Shown here piece by piece: positions 13,219 to 26,185 of a stretch of 64,000 nucleotides of DNA. Position 1 is the stretch's first letter. Each line of letters begins with the position of its first letter. Source of the stretch: Octopus vulgaris (lineage: Eukaryota); contig OX597830.1 in the NCBI GenBank assembly GCA_951406725.2, positions 68,696,001 through 68,760,000 on the forward strand. The letters run 5' to 3'. A program made the position numbers and the translations under genes. The notes beneath the pieces were generated by a model. It was not told where the DNA came from, did not search any database, and saw only the letters and a program-made list of their open reading frames with translations.

Positions 13219-14522
13219 CCCTTGGTCTACCCAATATTTTTCTTTTAGTTAAATTTTATTTAAATTACCTCTATTTCTTAGCTATATTATATATGCCATC
13301 AGGCGAATAAAGAATTACTGTTTCACACAAATTTTAATTAAAAAAATACAGCTTACAGAATATATTATAAATTTTTAAGAATTACAAAAATACAGAATTA
13401 CAGCTCTTCATGGCAGTGAATGCAGACAACATTTGAATGTTCTTGACAAACATGGATATTACAATTCTTACATGTAATACGAAACTTCCCGTCTTTTGTG
13501 GGGACCACACAAAGAACATCTTCCTTTTTTCTTTGGTTGAGAAATCTCAAATGAGGTTGAATATCATCTTCTTTTTCTGTTTGGTTGAGAAACAGAACTA
13601 GAAGATTGTTTGTCGTGTTCTTGTTGAGCATTAACTCCAGCAAGTTCCTTTCCTAACTGAATTAGGCACTGTCTTCTTCTATCCTCGAAACTTTGCAAGT
13701 GAAGCTGTTTAACAATAATGTAAGCATTCACTGCCCTTATATCAATCATATTGTAGAATATAACCATAGGCCATCTTTGACTCTTTCTTTTGCAAGTGAA
13801 TATCATTACCATCTTATCTAGGGTATTTGCTCCTCCTTTTGTTTTGTTGTAACGTGTAATAACTTCAAGTTTCTTCTCAGCACTTTTTGAATCAATTGAA
13901 TGCTGGGAGTCATTGTACTCATAAGTGTGACAACATAATTTTTCTTGGGACAATAAGATAGAATCATAGAATCCTTTTGAAATCCAAATACTGTGCTGTT
14001 GATTTCTCTTTCTTTGCCATTTGTGAAACCACTTGGAAGTTCAACCCTGTTCTTTCTAATTGTTCCAGCTAAAGTAGTTTTCTTGCTAAGCAGCTTTCAA
14101 GCCAATCCTAGACTTGTAAAAAAATTATCACAAGTTATATTGCGACCAGTATGTTCAAGTTCCTAGGTCTTCAACAACTCTTGAACCTTGATTTGTCTCT
14201 CTACTTTTTACTGGGTCTTTTCCAGTGTAGATTTGCATTTTCCAGGCATAAGACGTTTCACTGTCGCATATTGCCCAAATTTTAATTCCATATTTCCCTG
14301 GTGTTGAAATAATATATACCCGGAATGGGCAGCGCCTTCTGAATGAAACTAATTGTTCATCAACTGTCATGCATGAACTTGGAGTATATCTATCTTGCAA
14401 ATTCTGATTCCACATTTCAAATACTTCTCTTATGGGTTCCAATTTATCATCACTTCTCTTTTATCTTCTTTGCACTAGCATCCTCAAAACGCAATACTTG
14501 TAAAATCTGGTTTGTTCTTAGT
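13219..14522 (-). mobile_element. piggyBac transposase pseudogene (5'-truncated)
   Basis: TTAA|CCC terminus at 13215-13221. Motifs MTVDEQLVSFRRRCPFRVYI..PGKYGIKIW, NITCDNFFTS, YNKTKGGANTLDKM and RWPMVIFYNMID, plus a C-terminal Cys-rich domain. Confidence 0.9.
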
Positions 14523-14535
14523 AAATAATGCAAAA

Positions 14536-14820
14536 ATAGAAGACGCCGGTTGCATATTGATATTCCTTATCATTATGTGTGTGATAAAGGGATGACTGTT
14601 TGGAAACTACACGAGAGATGAGAAGAGAAAATTACTTCAAGACTTTAGTTTCTAAGTCCAAAGAAAGAAGAAATATTTTATCTGAGATTGTTATTGTTAC
14701 ATGTTGAAGAAGCTCGTATTTTGTTTGTTTTTTTTGGTGGTCTTAAAATAGTTAATTGTGTGCGATGATCTTGAAACAGTTGACGGTGTACGATGTAAGT
14801 TATGATGAGAAAGCTGTTAA
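14536..14820 (+). pseudogene. Helitron RepHel fragment (paralogous to 35286-35520)
   Basis: RRLHIDIPYHYVCDKGMTVWKL...YLRLLL...DLETVDGV. Confidence 0.65.
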
Positions 14821-15440
14821 TTTTCATTTAGCACAAATTACAATAAACTTTATATAAGGCTGGGACCCTAATTATTCGGAATATTTTTGATTGTTTTTAA
14901 ATGAAAAACTGCCAAGCCTTTACATAAGAAATTTATCAATGGTCTTTTTCCGTTGTTTTGATAAAATTATTTTTCACAACTTGTGTATAGTAATCCATAC
15001 ATGCATACAACAACACACACATACACGCACAGACACGCGCACATAGACACACATAGACACGCACGCACGCACACACACACAACTATACATATGTATATGT
15101 ATATATAAATGTATCATTTAGCGTTCTTCTGCCATTTCAAGTTGTAAGACAATACCTTTTCATCCAGAGTACCTTCGTAAGGTGTATTGAATAGATAAAC
15201 ACTTCAGTTGAGCTATACAATACCAGGTAATAATGATAAATCGATACGAAGATCATATAATGATTATACTTCATTAAGAGGATAAATGCAAACAAGTAAC
15301 ATCTCGTTCTTGACAGACATTTCTACCTAGAAAACAGACAGGATGCTGCAGAGGAATTGTTTTCAAATTATTTGTATGTAAACGATTTATTGTATAATTA
15401 ATATATGTTTTTAATTACTTAAGGGCTTAGCCATCACCAC

Positions 15441-15498
<58 letters not shown>

Positions 15499-16829
15499 CA
15501 TACATACATACATACATACATACATACATACATACATACATACATACATACATACATACATACATACATACGTATATGCCTTATTTATGCATGAATAAAT
15601 ATATCCTTGGATGTATTTCCTTTGAGAGTTTTAATGCAAATTTCATTTTCTCACATATATATGAATATATTTTGTTTATTTTATTGCATAAGTTAATGTT
15701 TAAAGAATGTGTTGTTACATTGTTTCGCTGTTATTCTTTACAGTATGTAGTGTAAAATATAAACATTTTTCTGGCTGGTGATTATATATGGAATTTTTGC
15801 ATGCATGGAATGGAACTATTTGAGATGTACGACTAAATTGAAAGTGTCTTGCGTACGATAAGGGCCGAGTTTATCTGGATCATATTTTGGACTGACAATA
15901 ACGTCGATATGGCTTTTATGATTTTGTTTATTTTTTTATCATACATTGTTCTTCAATTACTATTGATATTGTTTTCAAATTCATACCTGCTTCCTATTTA
16001 TTTTCATTTCAAGACTTGAACATTGAGTTTCCACATCTCTCACCGGGAAATGTTTGGACAAAAAGAAATTGAGATATCAATAAGAGTACAAATATTGTTC
16101 TTTCACTTTTTAATAAATTATATTTGTACGTTTTTCTTTTATATCTTTGTCAGTCATTCTCCAGTTGTAAATAACTGGACTTAGCAAGGAATGGATCGCC
16201 GGAAAGGATGTGGTCAACTCTTTCATTATATTTTTCGTTGTATAGTCTATGTTCCGCATACAGAAGTCAGTCCTAAAAAGTTCTCCAATGTTTTATTTTA
16301 AATCGGTGAGTGATTTTTGCACCAAAATTATATTCTATGATCTGGTTAAGTACATATTAGGCTATATTTCTCCGCGAGTAGTTGGTAAGACTAAAGCATG
16401 TCTGGAATTAACCCTATCCCAAATTTCAAAAATTAAAAATTCTTTTTGGTTCACTACATTCACTCTTTATCCCGCTCTTAATGTACGTAATACTTTCACT
16501 AAAGTTTCTGAAGTGTCTAGAATTTTCTATTCCAAGAAATATTCATGTTTCTTATCTCGTTTGAAACTGATAACATTTCTTTTTCTTTCTTCATCTTCTC
16601 CCTTTTCTATTTTTGTTACTATCTTTCATCTCACCCTCACTCCTCCACTCTCTCTTCCTTATTTTTTCTATCTTTCTATCCCTCTCTCTATCACTCCCTC
16701 TCTCTATCACTCCCTCTCTCTATCACTCCCTCTCTCTCACTCTCTCTCTCTCTCTCTCCCTCTCTCATTATTTCAATGAATAACTTTATGATTGTCCAAG
16801 TAATGTAAGCAAAAAGTTTTTAAATTTAG

Positions 16830-17520
16830 TCTCAAGGCATTTTCCGGCCAACCATAAATAGCATAGAATATTTGATAGAAGAACGCTTAACGTCATATAT
16901 TCTTATTGCAAGCACTTCGGCTCTCTAACAAGCCAGCAAAGCACGAAAATACTAAGCGAAACTAACGGCACCACTGAAGGAAACAACCGAAAATGTAACT
17001 TCAAAGACCAAAGCTGCTGTCCTTTAGGGGGAGATTGTCTACTTAAAGGCGTAGTAAACAGAGCCAAAGTCCAGATGGACAACACGGATGAATACAAGAT
17101 GTACACAGGCTAGGCAGAGAATTCCTTTAAAACGAGACCTTAGCAACTTATGAATTGATTTAAACATCTAGGAAACAGATCTACGACGAGCCTAGCTAAA
17201 CATATATAGCATTTAAAAGGAACAAAGTTTTCATCGTTTGAAATCCATTGGGCTGTCTTGGAAATGATGATGCCCATAACAACAGCAGCAACATTACCAA
17301 CGTGACAACGGAATTCCATACGTAATATCATGGAGAATCCTAGAACACCCAGGCCCCCTCCATAAACGGGACCAAGCGTTGTAAACTGTGCATAGCTGAA
17401 CCGGTGAGGATACTAAAGGTCTTCCTCGACCCGGGGAACATTCTTTACTCCAGAACAGCGGTCTTCGGAACATGTTAACACTTCAGGATATTCCTGCTGG
17501 CCTATTGCGATCCACATGAC
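16830..17520 (+). mobile_element. Penelope-like element GIY-YIG endonuclease fragment (degenerate)
   Basis: CNFKDQSCCPLGGDCLLKGVVNRAKV...YTG.AENSFKTR...TTSLAKHI.HLK...IHWAVLE...CKLCIAE fits the PLE GIY-YIG pattern. Confidence 0.75.
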
Positions 17521-17800
17521 AACAGTCATTTACAATTGAGAGCCAAAGGGAGACAGCCCCTATTGTTGACAGAGTAACGATGTATTTTCCTCTTTCAATT
17601 TGTAGAAAGGCATCTTGCTATGAACCAATAGGTTTGGGTTTCACGTCCATAAAGCTAAGCGCTTTATGGACGTGAAACCCAAGGTAATCCCATAAACCGG
17701 CCTTATCTAACTTTAAATAATATGCTGCTCTATAACTTAGAGAGTTTTTATTTCTGATTTATGTGTTACCTACGATATACATACATGCATGCATACATAC

Positions 17801-17879
<79 letters not shown>

Positions 17880-17989
17880 TTTATATACATATATATACAC
17901 ACACATATATATCTACATATATGGTATTTTTATGTAAGCTTAAAGCTTATGGTGATCACCGTGCAATGACTAAGGAAAATAGTCTACTC

Positions 17990-18090
17990 AAGCGACAGAC
18001 AAAAGAAGGCTTTCTTATCCGCACGGGATTCGAATCCACATCCCTTTGTAAACACGACCAAATGTGTTACCTTTACACTAGCTAATCAGC
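17990..18090 (-). mobile_element. tRNA-like SINE head
   Basis: Reverse strand reads GCTAGTGTAAAGG (A box) ... GGATTCGAATCCC (B box). No clean cloverleaf. Confidence 0.4.
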
Positions 18091-18215
18091 CTCCCTCTTT
18101 CTGTCAAGTTTAAGTTCGTATTTGTTTTAAGTAATCAAACTTTCTGTATGATTTCGGGGCGAATGTTTTTTTTTATTACGGCGCCATAATAAAACAAAAC
18201 ATTCGCTCCGAAAGC

Positions 18216-18250
<35 letters not shown>

Positions 18251-18292
18251 AGTGTGTGTATGTGTGTGTGTTTGTGTGTGTGTATGTATCTA

Positions 18293-18349
<57 letters not shown>

Positions 18350-19860
18350 TAGATTCTGTTACGAACGTCGTAGACACGCAACGTAGTTCTCCAGGCTTGC
18401 AGGTATTTGTTTATGTAACCGTTTCCCTGCATTATACGATCTAGTTGTGCTTCAAGGGCATCCTATTCGTTCGTCGTCGCCTGCGAGCTTGAAGCAGCCA
18501 CTGAGTGTATCAAGAGATGTATCTCTTGATATAGTGAGATGTATCAAGAGATGTATCTCTTGATACAGTCAGATGTATCTGTTGATACTCTAAGAATAAC
18601 GCAGATTATATCGGCAGACAAAATGTCGTCAAAATTTTAAGAAATGATATATAAACCACAAAGCTAATCCATTAATGTATGTCGTATTGTTGCTATGTGT
18701 AGGTGCTTTCCATGGGTGGCTGTGTTGAGTATAGTATGATGTGGGCGAATTAGTTCTCAACTGTTTAATACCCAATATTGCAGAGAAAAACTTACAAATT
18801 GCATGGGTATATATTAAATTTATACAAGAGAATATAGAATGGAAATATATATATAACAATTGCCAATCCAAAACTTAAAATTTAAAATATATTAGCATAA
18901 CAGCTGCCATATGCGTATCTTCCATTGCTATTATACTTACTCACTAATCTTCTTCAACCATTAGCTGTTTTTCTACTTCCTACACTATTAATACTACAGC
19001 GATCTCTAACTGGATTTCTGCACATATCCACTACTCCACTAATCAGGCCCACTTAAGACATCAAACTCTCCTACTCTCATCGCACTTATTCCACGTGATC
19101 TCTTTGATCGTGCATTAAACTGTCTGTCTGCTTACTCCTCCAAGAGCAACGGTCTTATAATTCTCTCACCAGTCATTTTATTTCTTATTGAAACCAACCT
19201 AAACACGTTTAAACTAAAAATCCACTGGATTCATCTGTAACAGTATAGATTTTTAAAAATTGGTAACACTAGGCAACAAAATTTTTGCTACTACTAGACG
19301 AAACGGTGCTCATAGGTAATTTGGGAGCGCTGATTCCGAATCTGGAATCATTTTTGTTCTAGCACGTCACATTTTTGCGCTATCATTATTATGCTGCTAT
19401 CAAAATTATAATAATATGAAAATTCATGACAAATCAAATGTATATTATGTTAAGCGTAAATTACTGTTATTTGATATAATAACAATAGCAACTAGGTGAA
19501 CAAGTGGCTCTAAAACCAATGAAACACAAGACAAAAGTGTAAGTGAATATTATTAATTTTATGTTTTTCAAAAATAGCTTTGGCGTCTTCTTTTACGCTT
19601 CTGCTGCATATCCGTTTCTCGTTTTAAAAACCAGCAGTAGTCCGTCAGCATGTTTGCTGTAAGCCTGCCACTGTAGCGCCTTTCTAGCTCTTTGATTTCG
19701 TGATGATGTCGTTCACCCTGCTCATCGCTTACATCACTCATACTGAGTGGAAAAAAAGTCAAGATGACAGTGGACGAAATGAATTTTTAGAGACATTCTT
19801 GTCCCAAGTTGCTCATGAGCTTTCGAAAAATCTTTCACAATTGCAACATAGTTAGATGAA

Positions 19861-19885
19861 GTGGCGGTGTGGTAAGTAGCTTGCT
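19861..19885 (+). mobile_element. 5' stub of a tRNA-derived SINE (target site of the array)
   Basis: GTGGCGGTGTGGTAAGTAGCTTGCT continues seamlessly into the SINE at 28453. Confidence 0.75.
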
Positions 19886-22076
19886 TTCTTCATTGCGCAT
19901 GTGTGAATCAGAGTTGTGTTTGATACTGAAGCTGTAAGATGTGTTTTTGAAGCTGTCTTAAATGGAAGATTTTTGAAACTCAGCTGTAAGGTAAGATTTT
20001 TGGTGTCCAGTGGGGACCTGTTGTTTGCCGCAACTATTTTTTACAAACAAGAAGTCCTCACTGGATTCTAGTCTACCTGGAGCTGAGTGAATTTTTTTTT
20101 TTCACTTAATTGTGAAAGTTTTTGTATAGGTGGGCGCTTGAAAATAGTATTTGTCCAGGAATAACTCCGTGGGAATTTTTAGAAAAATTTCAACAATATT
20201 GTTCCTGTCAAGGTGTACCTATTAGAAGAAAATTGGAATGATTTTTTTAACTGTTTAACATTTGCGTTAAAATTTTGGCATTCAGTGCCGAGTGGCCTTT
20301 GCTGTATTTTGAACTGTTGCTCTCTCTTCATCTATCTTTTATTTTAAAAAAACTCTTTATTGAGCTGTTATTTTTCTCCTTCCTTTTTGTTTGAACTTTT
20401 TTCTCTTCCTTCATTTTCCTTAGTTATTTTGTATTTTAAAACTGTATTTTTGGACTTTTTTAAAAAACATGGCAAATAACAATGGAAAGTTGGTGGAGTG
20501 GGAAATTACGCCACCCAAAAGTTGGTTAAAAGAACTTGAAAGTAAGACGGTGGTTTTGAAGACCTACTCTAGGACCTTCAACGCCATTGCCGTTTTCATA
20601 AAGGATATAATCGAAAGAGAGCTGGCAGAATTTAAGCCAGCGATTAAGTTTATCTCTCGGGAGTCAAATACGCAACCATGTGGTTGCTGTTTGAATCCCC
20701 AGAAGTGGCTTGTGAATTTGCGAGCCAGCCCTGGAGGGCAATGAAATTTTGTTTCTTCCAACTTATTGTGGGAAGAAGTTGACGAGAGCCTGGGTATGCG
20801 GCTTGCCACCCGGAGTTGAGCACGAAGGGATAGGAGATGCTATCCGCCGGGGTATGGGTGGCAGTAGCACCAAGCTCCTCAACGTAAATATTCTGCCTCC
20901 GGCTTACTGGGGGGAGTCAAAAATTGTTTTGACCCTATGGACCCAGTCAGCCGAAGGTCTGGTATTTCGAGACTTTTTGAGAATGGCCGGGTCTAGGTAT
21001 CCGGTAATGCTTGAGGGACGCCCCCGCCCCAATTGTTATCTGTACCTGGAGCCTGGCCAAATAAATAAGAACTCTCCTCAAGGGCAAAGCAAAGTCCTGG
21101 AGCGGTTGACGGAGACCTCTGTAGAGGAAGGAATGAAGGCGGCCGAAGAGACGAAGGACTCCTCAAAGAAGAGCCGCAAAAGGAAGAAGGTGAGCAATAA
21201 TGGGTGCCCACCGAAGGATCCTAAGGATGAGGGAGGAGAGGCGAATCTCCCGGTCACGGAAGAGACGCACCCTCCCAGTCGAGAAGAAAAAAAGAGGAAG
21301 AGGAGGAGAAACGGGACATTGCCGGCAGTCGGAAACATGGCGCCGGAGTGTCCCCGAGCCTCATCGGTTGTGTCACCGGCGGGGCGGAAATTGTGCCGCC
21401 AACGGTAGAATTGACCCCCTCGGACCCGGAGGACGAAGAACAGTTGGTCTTCTTTTATAGAGGTGGAGAGGTGGAAAAGGTGGTGGCAGAACACTACGAG
21501 GGAGTACCTTTGGCCTTCACACGGGATCCCGAATGGCCTCCACAGATAGCTGTGGAAGTGATAACGTTGCGCGTGTTACATAGGCTGGAGGGAATAAAAG
21601 AGAAATATCGTTCGTGGCCGGGTGACGCCAACTCGGAGCCCGTCTTGATTTTAAAGCAAGCATGGGTGAATGTGGAGTACATGGACACAAGCGATGATGA
21701 GGTGGAAAATTGACAAGAGGTTGAAAAGCCTCAGTATTATAAAGTGCAAGAGGCTCAGCGCCTCATTTGTAAATGGACTAGTGTTGATTGTATATTGAAT
21801 ATTTTATTGTATGTTATTGCATGTTATTATTTGTAATGGACTATTAAGTCCAATAATTGTAAAAACTGTCGTGAGAGGTTCAATACCGCATTTTGTTTTT
21901 GTTTTTTCTGTTGGAAAAAAAGAAGAATGATGTTTTAGAGAAGCAGAAAATCGGCGGACGTTTTTTTGTCTTCTCCCATCAATATCATCCTTGTTTCATC
22001 ATTCACCTTATCAATGTATGTGTCCAGCCCGCAAGCCTCTCTTTCTAATGCCTTTATGGCAAACCTTAATGAAATA
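19886..22076 (+). mobile_element. ORF1-only L1/Tx1-like retroelement, family A copy 1
   Basis: Frameshifted ORF of about 415 codons (20469-21713) with a degenerate Zn knuckle (CYLYLEPGQINKNS), basic and acidic tails. 3' end ...GCCTTTATGGCAAA...AATA; flanked by AAGTAGCTTGCT repeats. No RT or endonuclease. Confidence 0.65.
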
Positions 22077-22100
22077 AAGTAGCTTGCTTACCAACCCATG

Positions 22101-23909
22101 AGTCTTTGAGACTTCCCATAAGTCTTTGTTGTCAGTGTACGCATGCGTCATTTTGATGTGCACTGAAAAAGACAGTCGGCAGTGTTTAACCTGCCAAAAA
22201 GAAGCTGCTGCAAGGTAAGACTTTTGTCTCTTGAGTCCAGTGGGGGTTGTTGTCTGTGGTTATATTTTTTACAAACAAGTAGTCCTCAGTGGATTCAGGA
22301 TGTTGGTCTGCTTGCGGTTCAGCAATATTGGGAGCGTATCCTTCAACCAAAAGTTGTTCACTTTTTAATAGTGCATGTTTTTACAACAACATTTACCATT
22401 TATTGGAAAGCTGTATTTCAAGTGTCCACATTAAGTGAAAATTTTTTCTCGTTGTGAGAAGTATAGTTTGGTGGCGTATCCTGCCACCAAAAGTTGTTCG
22501 CTGTTTGTGAATAGTGTGCATTTTTACAACTACGTTTACCAATAATTGGAAAGCTGTATTTCAAGTGAATCAGTCCAGGTTCTAATTGGAATACCATAGG
22601 GTTTGGAGTACCTGAACGCCCAGGAGATTTTTTGCTGTGTTTTGTTGAACTATTGTTTTCTTCTTCTATTGTGACTTTCTTATTGAACTGTTTGCTTTTT
22701 ATCTTCTTCCCTTTTGCTTCCTTTTGATTTCTCACTTTTCTTTTTGAAATTTGTGAACTATTTTGGGGACTTTTTACTTTTTATTTTAAAACATGGCAAA
22801 AAATACGGATAAGATTGTAGAGTGGGAGATTGTCCCACCTAAGGAGTGGTTCAGACAGCAAGAGGGAAGGACGGTGGTGTTGAGAACGTATTCGAAGGTT
22901 CTCGACACCATTACCGTCATCTCCAAGCAGATGAATGAGCAGGAGTTGGTGGAACATATGCTATCCATTAAGTATATCTCAAATATGCAACGGTGTGGTT
23001 GCTGTTTGACACTCCAGAGAAAACTCGCAGTTTTGCGAGCCAGCCCTTTGAGGGTAAAGAAATTTTGTTTCTTCCCACTTATTGTGGGAAAAAATTGATG
23101 AAGGCTTGGGTTTGTGGTTTGCCACCCTGAATTGAACCTCAATGGATAGAGGATACTATCCGTCGGGGTCTGGGTAGCAGCGGAGCCAGGCTCCTCAATG
23201 TGAAAATTCTTCCTACGTATGATTGGGTTGGGTCAAAAGCTGTTTTGACCCTGTGGGCCCAATCAGCCATGAATCTGGTTATGCCAGATTTTTTGAAAAT
23301 GGCCGGGTGCAGGTACCTGGTGATTCTTGGGGTCGCCCCTTTCCCAGGTGTCATCGGTGCCTGGAGCCAAGCCATATAAAGAAAAGCTGTCCTCGGGAAT
23401 AAAGCAAAGTCCTGGAGATCTCTGTAGAAGGAACGAAGACAGCCGAGGAGACGGAGGACTCCTCAAAGAAGGGCCGCTAGAGGAAGAAGGTGAGCAACAA
23501 TGGGTGCTCAACAAAGGATCCTAGAGATGAGGGAGGCGAGGCGAATCTCTCGGTCACGGAGGAGACGCACCCTCCCTTAGTTGAGAGGAAAAAATAGGAA
23601 GAGGAAGAGAAATGGGACATTGCTGGCAGTCGGTGACATAGAACCAAAATGTCCCGGAACCTTGCCGGTAGGGGTTGTGCCTCCGGCAGGGTAAGAGACG
23701 CCGTTGGGAGCAATTGTGCCCCCAGCGGTAGAATTGACTACCTCGAACTCAGAGGAAGAGGAACTATTGGTCTTCTTCTACAGAGGAGGAGAGATTGAAG
23801 AGGTGTTGGAAAAGCACCATAAGGGAGTACCTTTAACCTTCACACAGGATCCCGAATGCCCTCCGTAGATAGCTGTGGAGCTCATAACGTTGCCCGTGAC
23901 GTATATGCT
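22101..23909 (+). mobile_element. ORF1-only retroelement, family B copy 1 (runs into the gap)
   Basis: Homologous ORF from ATG 22793 (MAKNTDKIVEWEIVPP...), with CX2CX4HX4C knuckle CHRCLEPSHIKKSC at about 23349-23390; frameshifted. Confidence 0.65.
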
Positions 23910-24009
23910 NNNNNNNNNNNNNNNNNNNNNNNNNNNNNNNNNNNNNNNNNNNNNNNNNNNNNNNNNNNNNNNNNNNNNNNNNNNNNNNNNNNNNNNNNNN
24001 NNNNNNNNN
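23910..24009. other. Assembly gap (100 N placeholder)
   Basis: Run of N. Confidence 1.
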
Positions 24010-26161
24010 GAAGCTGTAAGATGTGTTTTTGAAGCTGTCTTAAATGGAAGATTTTTGAAACTCAGCTGTAAGGTAAGATTTTTGGTGTCCAGTGGGGACC
24101 TGTTGTTTGCCGCAACTATTTTTTACAAACAAGAAATCGTCACTGGATTCTAGTCTATCTGGGCCTGAGTGAATTTTTTTTTTTTTCACTTAATTGTGAA
24201 AATTTTTGTTTTGGTGGGCGCTTAAAAATAGTATTTGTCCAGGAATAACTCCGTGGGAATTTTTAGAAAAATTTCAACAATATTGTTCCTGTCAAGGTGT
24301 ACCTATTAGAAGAAAATTGGAATGATTTTTTTAACTGTTTAACATTTGCGTTAAAATTTTGGCATGCAGTGCCGAGTGGCCTTTGCTGTATTTTGAACTG
24401 TTGCTCTCTCTTCATCTATCTTTTATTAAAAAAAAACTCTTTATTGAGCTGTTATTTTTTCTCCTTCCTTTTTGTTTGAACTTTTTCTCTTCCTTCATTT
24501 TCCTTAATTATTTTGTATTTTAAAACTGTATTTTTGGACTTTTTTAAAAAAACATGGCAAATAACAATGGAAAGTTGGTGGAGTGGGAAATTACGCCACC
24601 CAAAAGTTGGTTAAAAGAACTTGAAAGCAAGACGGTGGTTTTGAGGACCTACTCTAGGACCTTCGACGCCATTGCCGTTTTCATAAAGGATATAATCGAA
24701 AGAGAGCTGGCAGAATTTAAGCCAGCGATTAAGTTTATCTCTCGGGAGTCAAATACGCAACCATGTGGTTGCTGTTTGAATCCCCAGAAGTGGCTTGTGA
24801 ATTTGCGAGCCAGCCCTGGAGGGCAATGAAATTTTGTTTCTTCCAACTTATTGTGGGAAGAAGTTGACGAGAGCCTGGGTATGCGGCTTGCCACCCGGAG
24901 TTGAGCACGAAGGGATAGGAGATGCTATCCGCCGGGGTATGGGTGGCAGGTAGCACCAAGCTCCTCAACGTAAATATTCTGCCTCCGGCTTACTGGGGGA
25001 GTCAAAAATTGTTTTGACCCTATGGACCCAGTCAGCCGAAAGTCTGGTATTTCGAGACTTTTTGAGAATGGCCGGGTCTAGGTATCCGGTAATGCTTGAG
25101 GGACGCCCCCGCCCCAATTGTTATCTGTACCTGGAGCCTGGCCAAATAAATAAGAACTCTCCTCAAGGGCAAAGCAAAGTCCTGGAGCGGTTGACGGAGA
25201 CCTCTGTAGAGGAAGGAATGAAGGCGGCCGAAGAGACGAAGGACTCCTCAAAGAAGAGCCGCAAAAGGAAGAAGGTGAGCAATAATGGGTGCCCACCGAA
25301 GGATCCTAAGGATGAGGGAGGAGAGGCGAATCTCCCGGTCACGGAAGAGACGCACCCTCCCCCAGTCGAGAAGAAAAAAGAGGAAGAGGAGGAGAAACGG
25401 GACATTGCCGGCAGTCGGAAACAAGGCGCCGGAGTGTCCCCGAGCCTCATCGGTTGTTCACCGGCGGAGCGGAAATTGTGCCGCCAACGGTAGAATTGAC
25501 CCCCTCGGACCCGGAGGACGAAGAACAGTTGGTCTTCTTTTATAGAGGTGGAGAGGTGGAAAAGGTGGTGGCAGAACACTACGAGGGAGTACCTTTGGCC
25601 TTCACACGGGATCCCGAATGGCCTCCACAGATAGCTGTGGAAGTGATAACGTTGCGCGTGTTACATAGGCTGGAGGGAATAAAAGAGAAATATCGCTCGT
25701 GGCCGGGTGACGCCAACTCGGAGCCCGTCTTGATTTTAAAGCAAGCATGGGTGATGGTGGAGTACATGGACACAAGCGATGATGAGGTGGAAAATTGACA
25801 AGAGGTTGAAAAGCCTCAGTATTATAAAGTGCAAGAGGCTCAGCGCCTCATTTGTAAATGGACTAGTGTTGATTGTATATTGAATATTTTATTGTATGTT
25901 ATTGCATGTTATTATTTGTAATGGACTATTAAGTCCAATAATTGTAAAAACTGTCGTGAGAGGTTCAATACCGCATTTTGTTTTTGTTTTTTCTGTTGGA
26001 AAAAAAGAAGAATGATGTTTTAGAGAAGCAGAAAATCGGCGGACGTTTTTTTGTCTTCTCCCATCAATATCATCCTTGTTTCATCATTCACCTTATCAAT
26101 GTATGTGTCCAGCCCGCAAGCCTCTCTTTCTAATGCCTTTATGGCAAACCTTAATGAAATA
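24010..26161 (+). mobile_element. ORF1-only retroelement, family A copy 2
   Basis: Nearly identical to 19930-22076 and shares the same early frameshifts. Confidence 0.65.
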
Positions 26162-26185
26162 AAGTAGCTTGCTTACCAACCCATG

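Noticed and set aside
17990-18090. Functional tRNA gene
   Set aside because: A and B boxes are present but the acceptor and anticodon stems do not pair convincingly; probably a SINE head.
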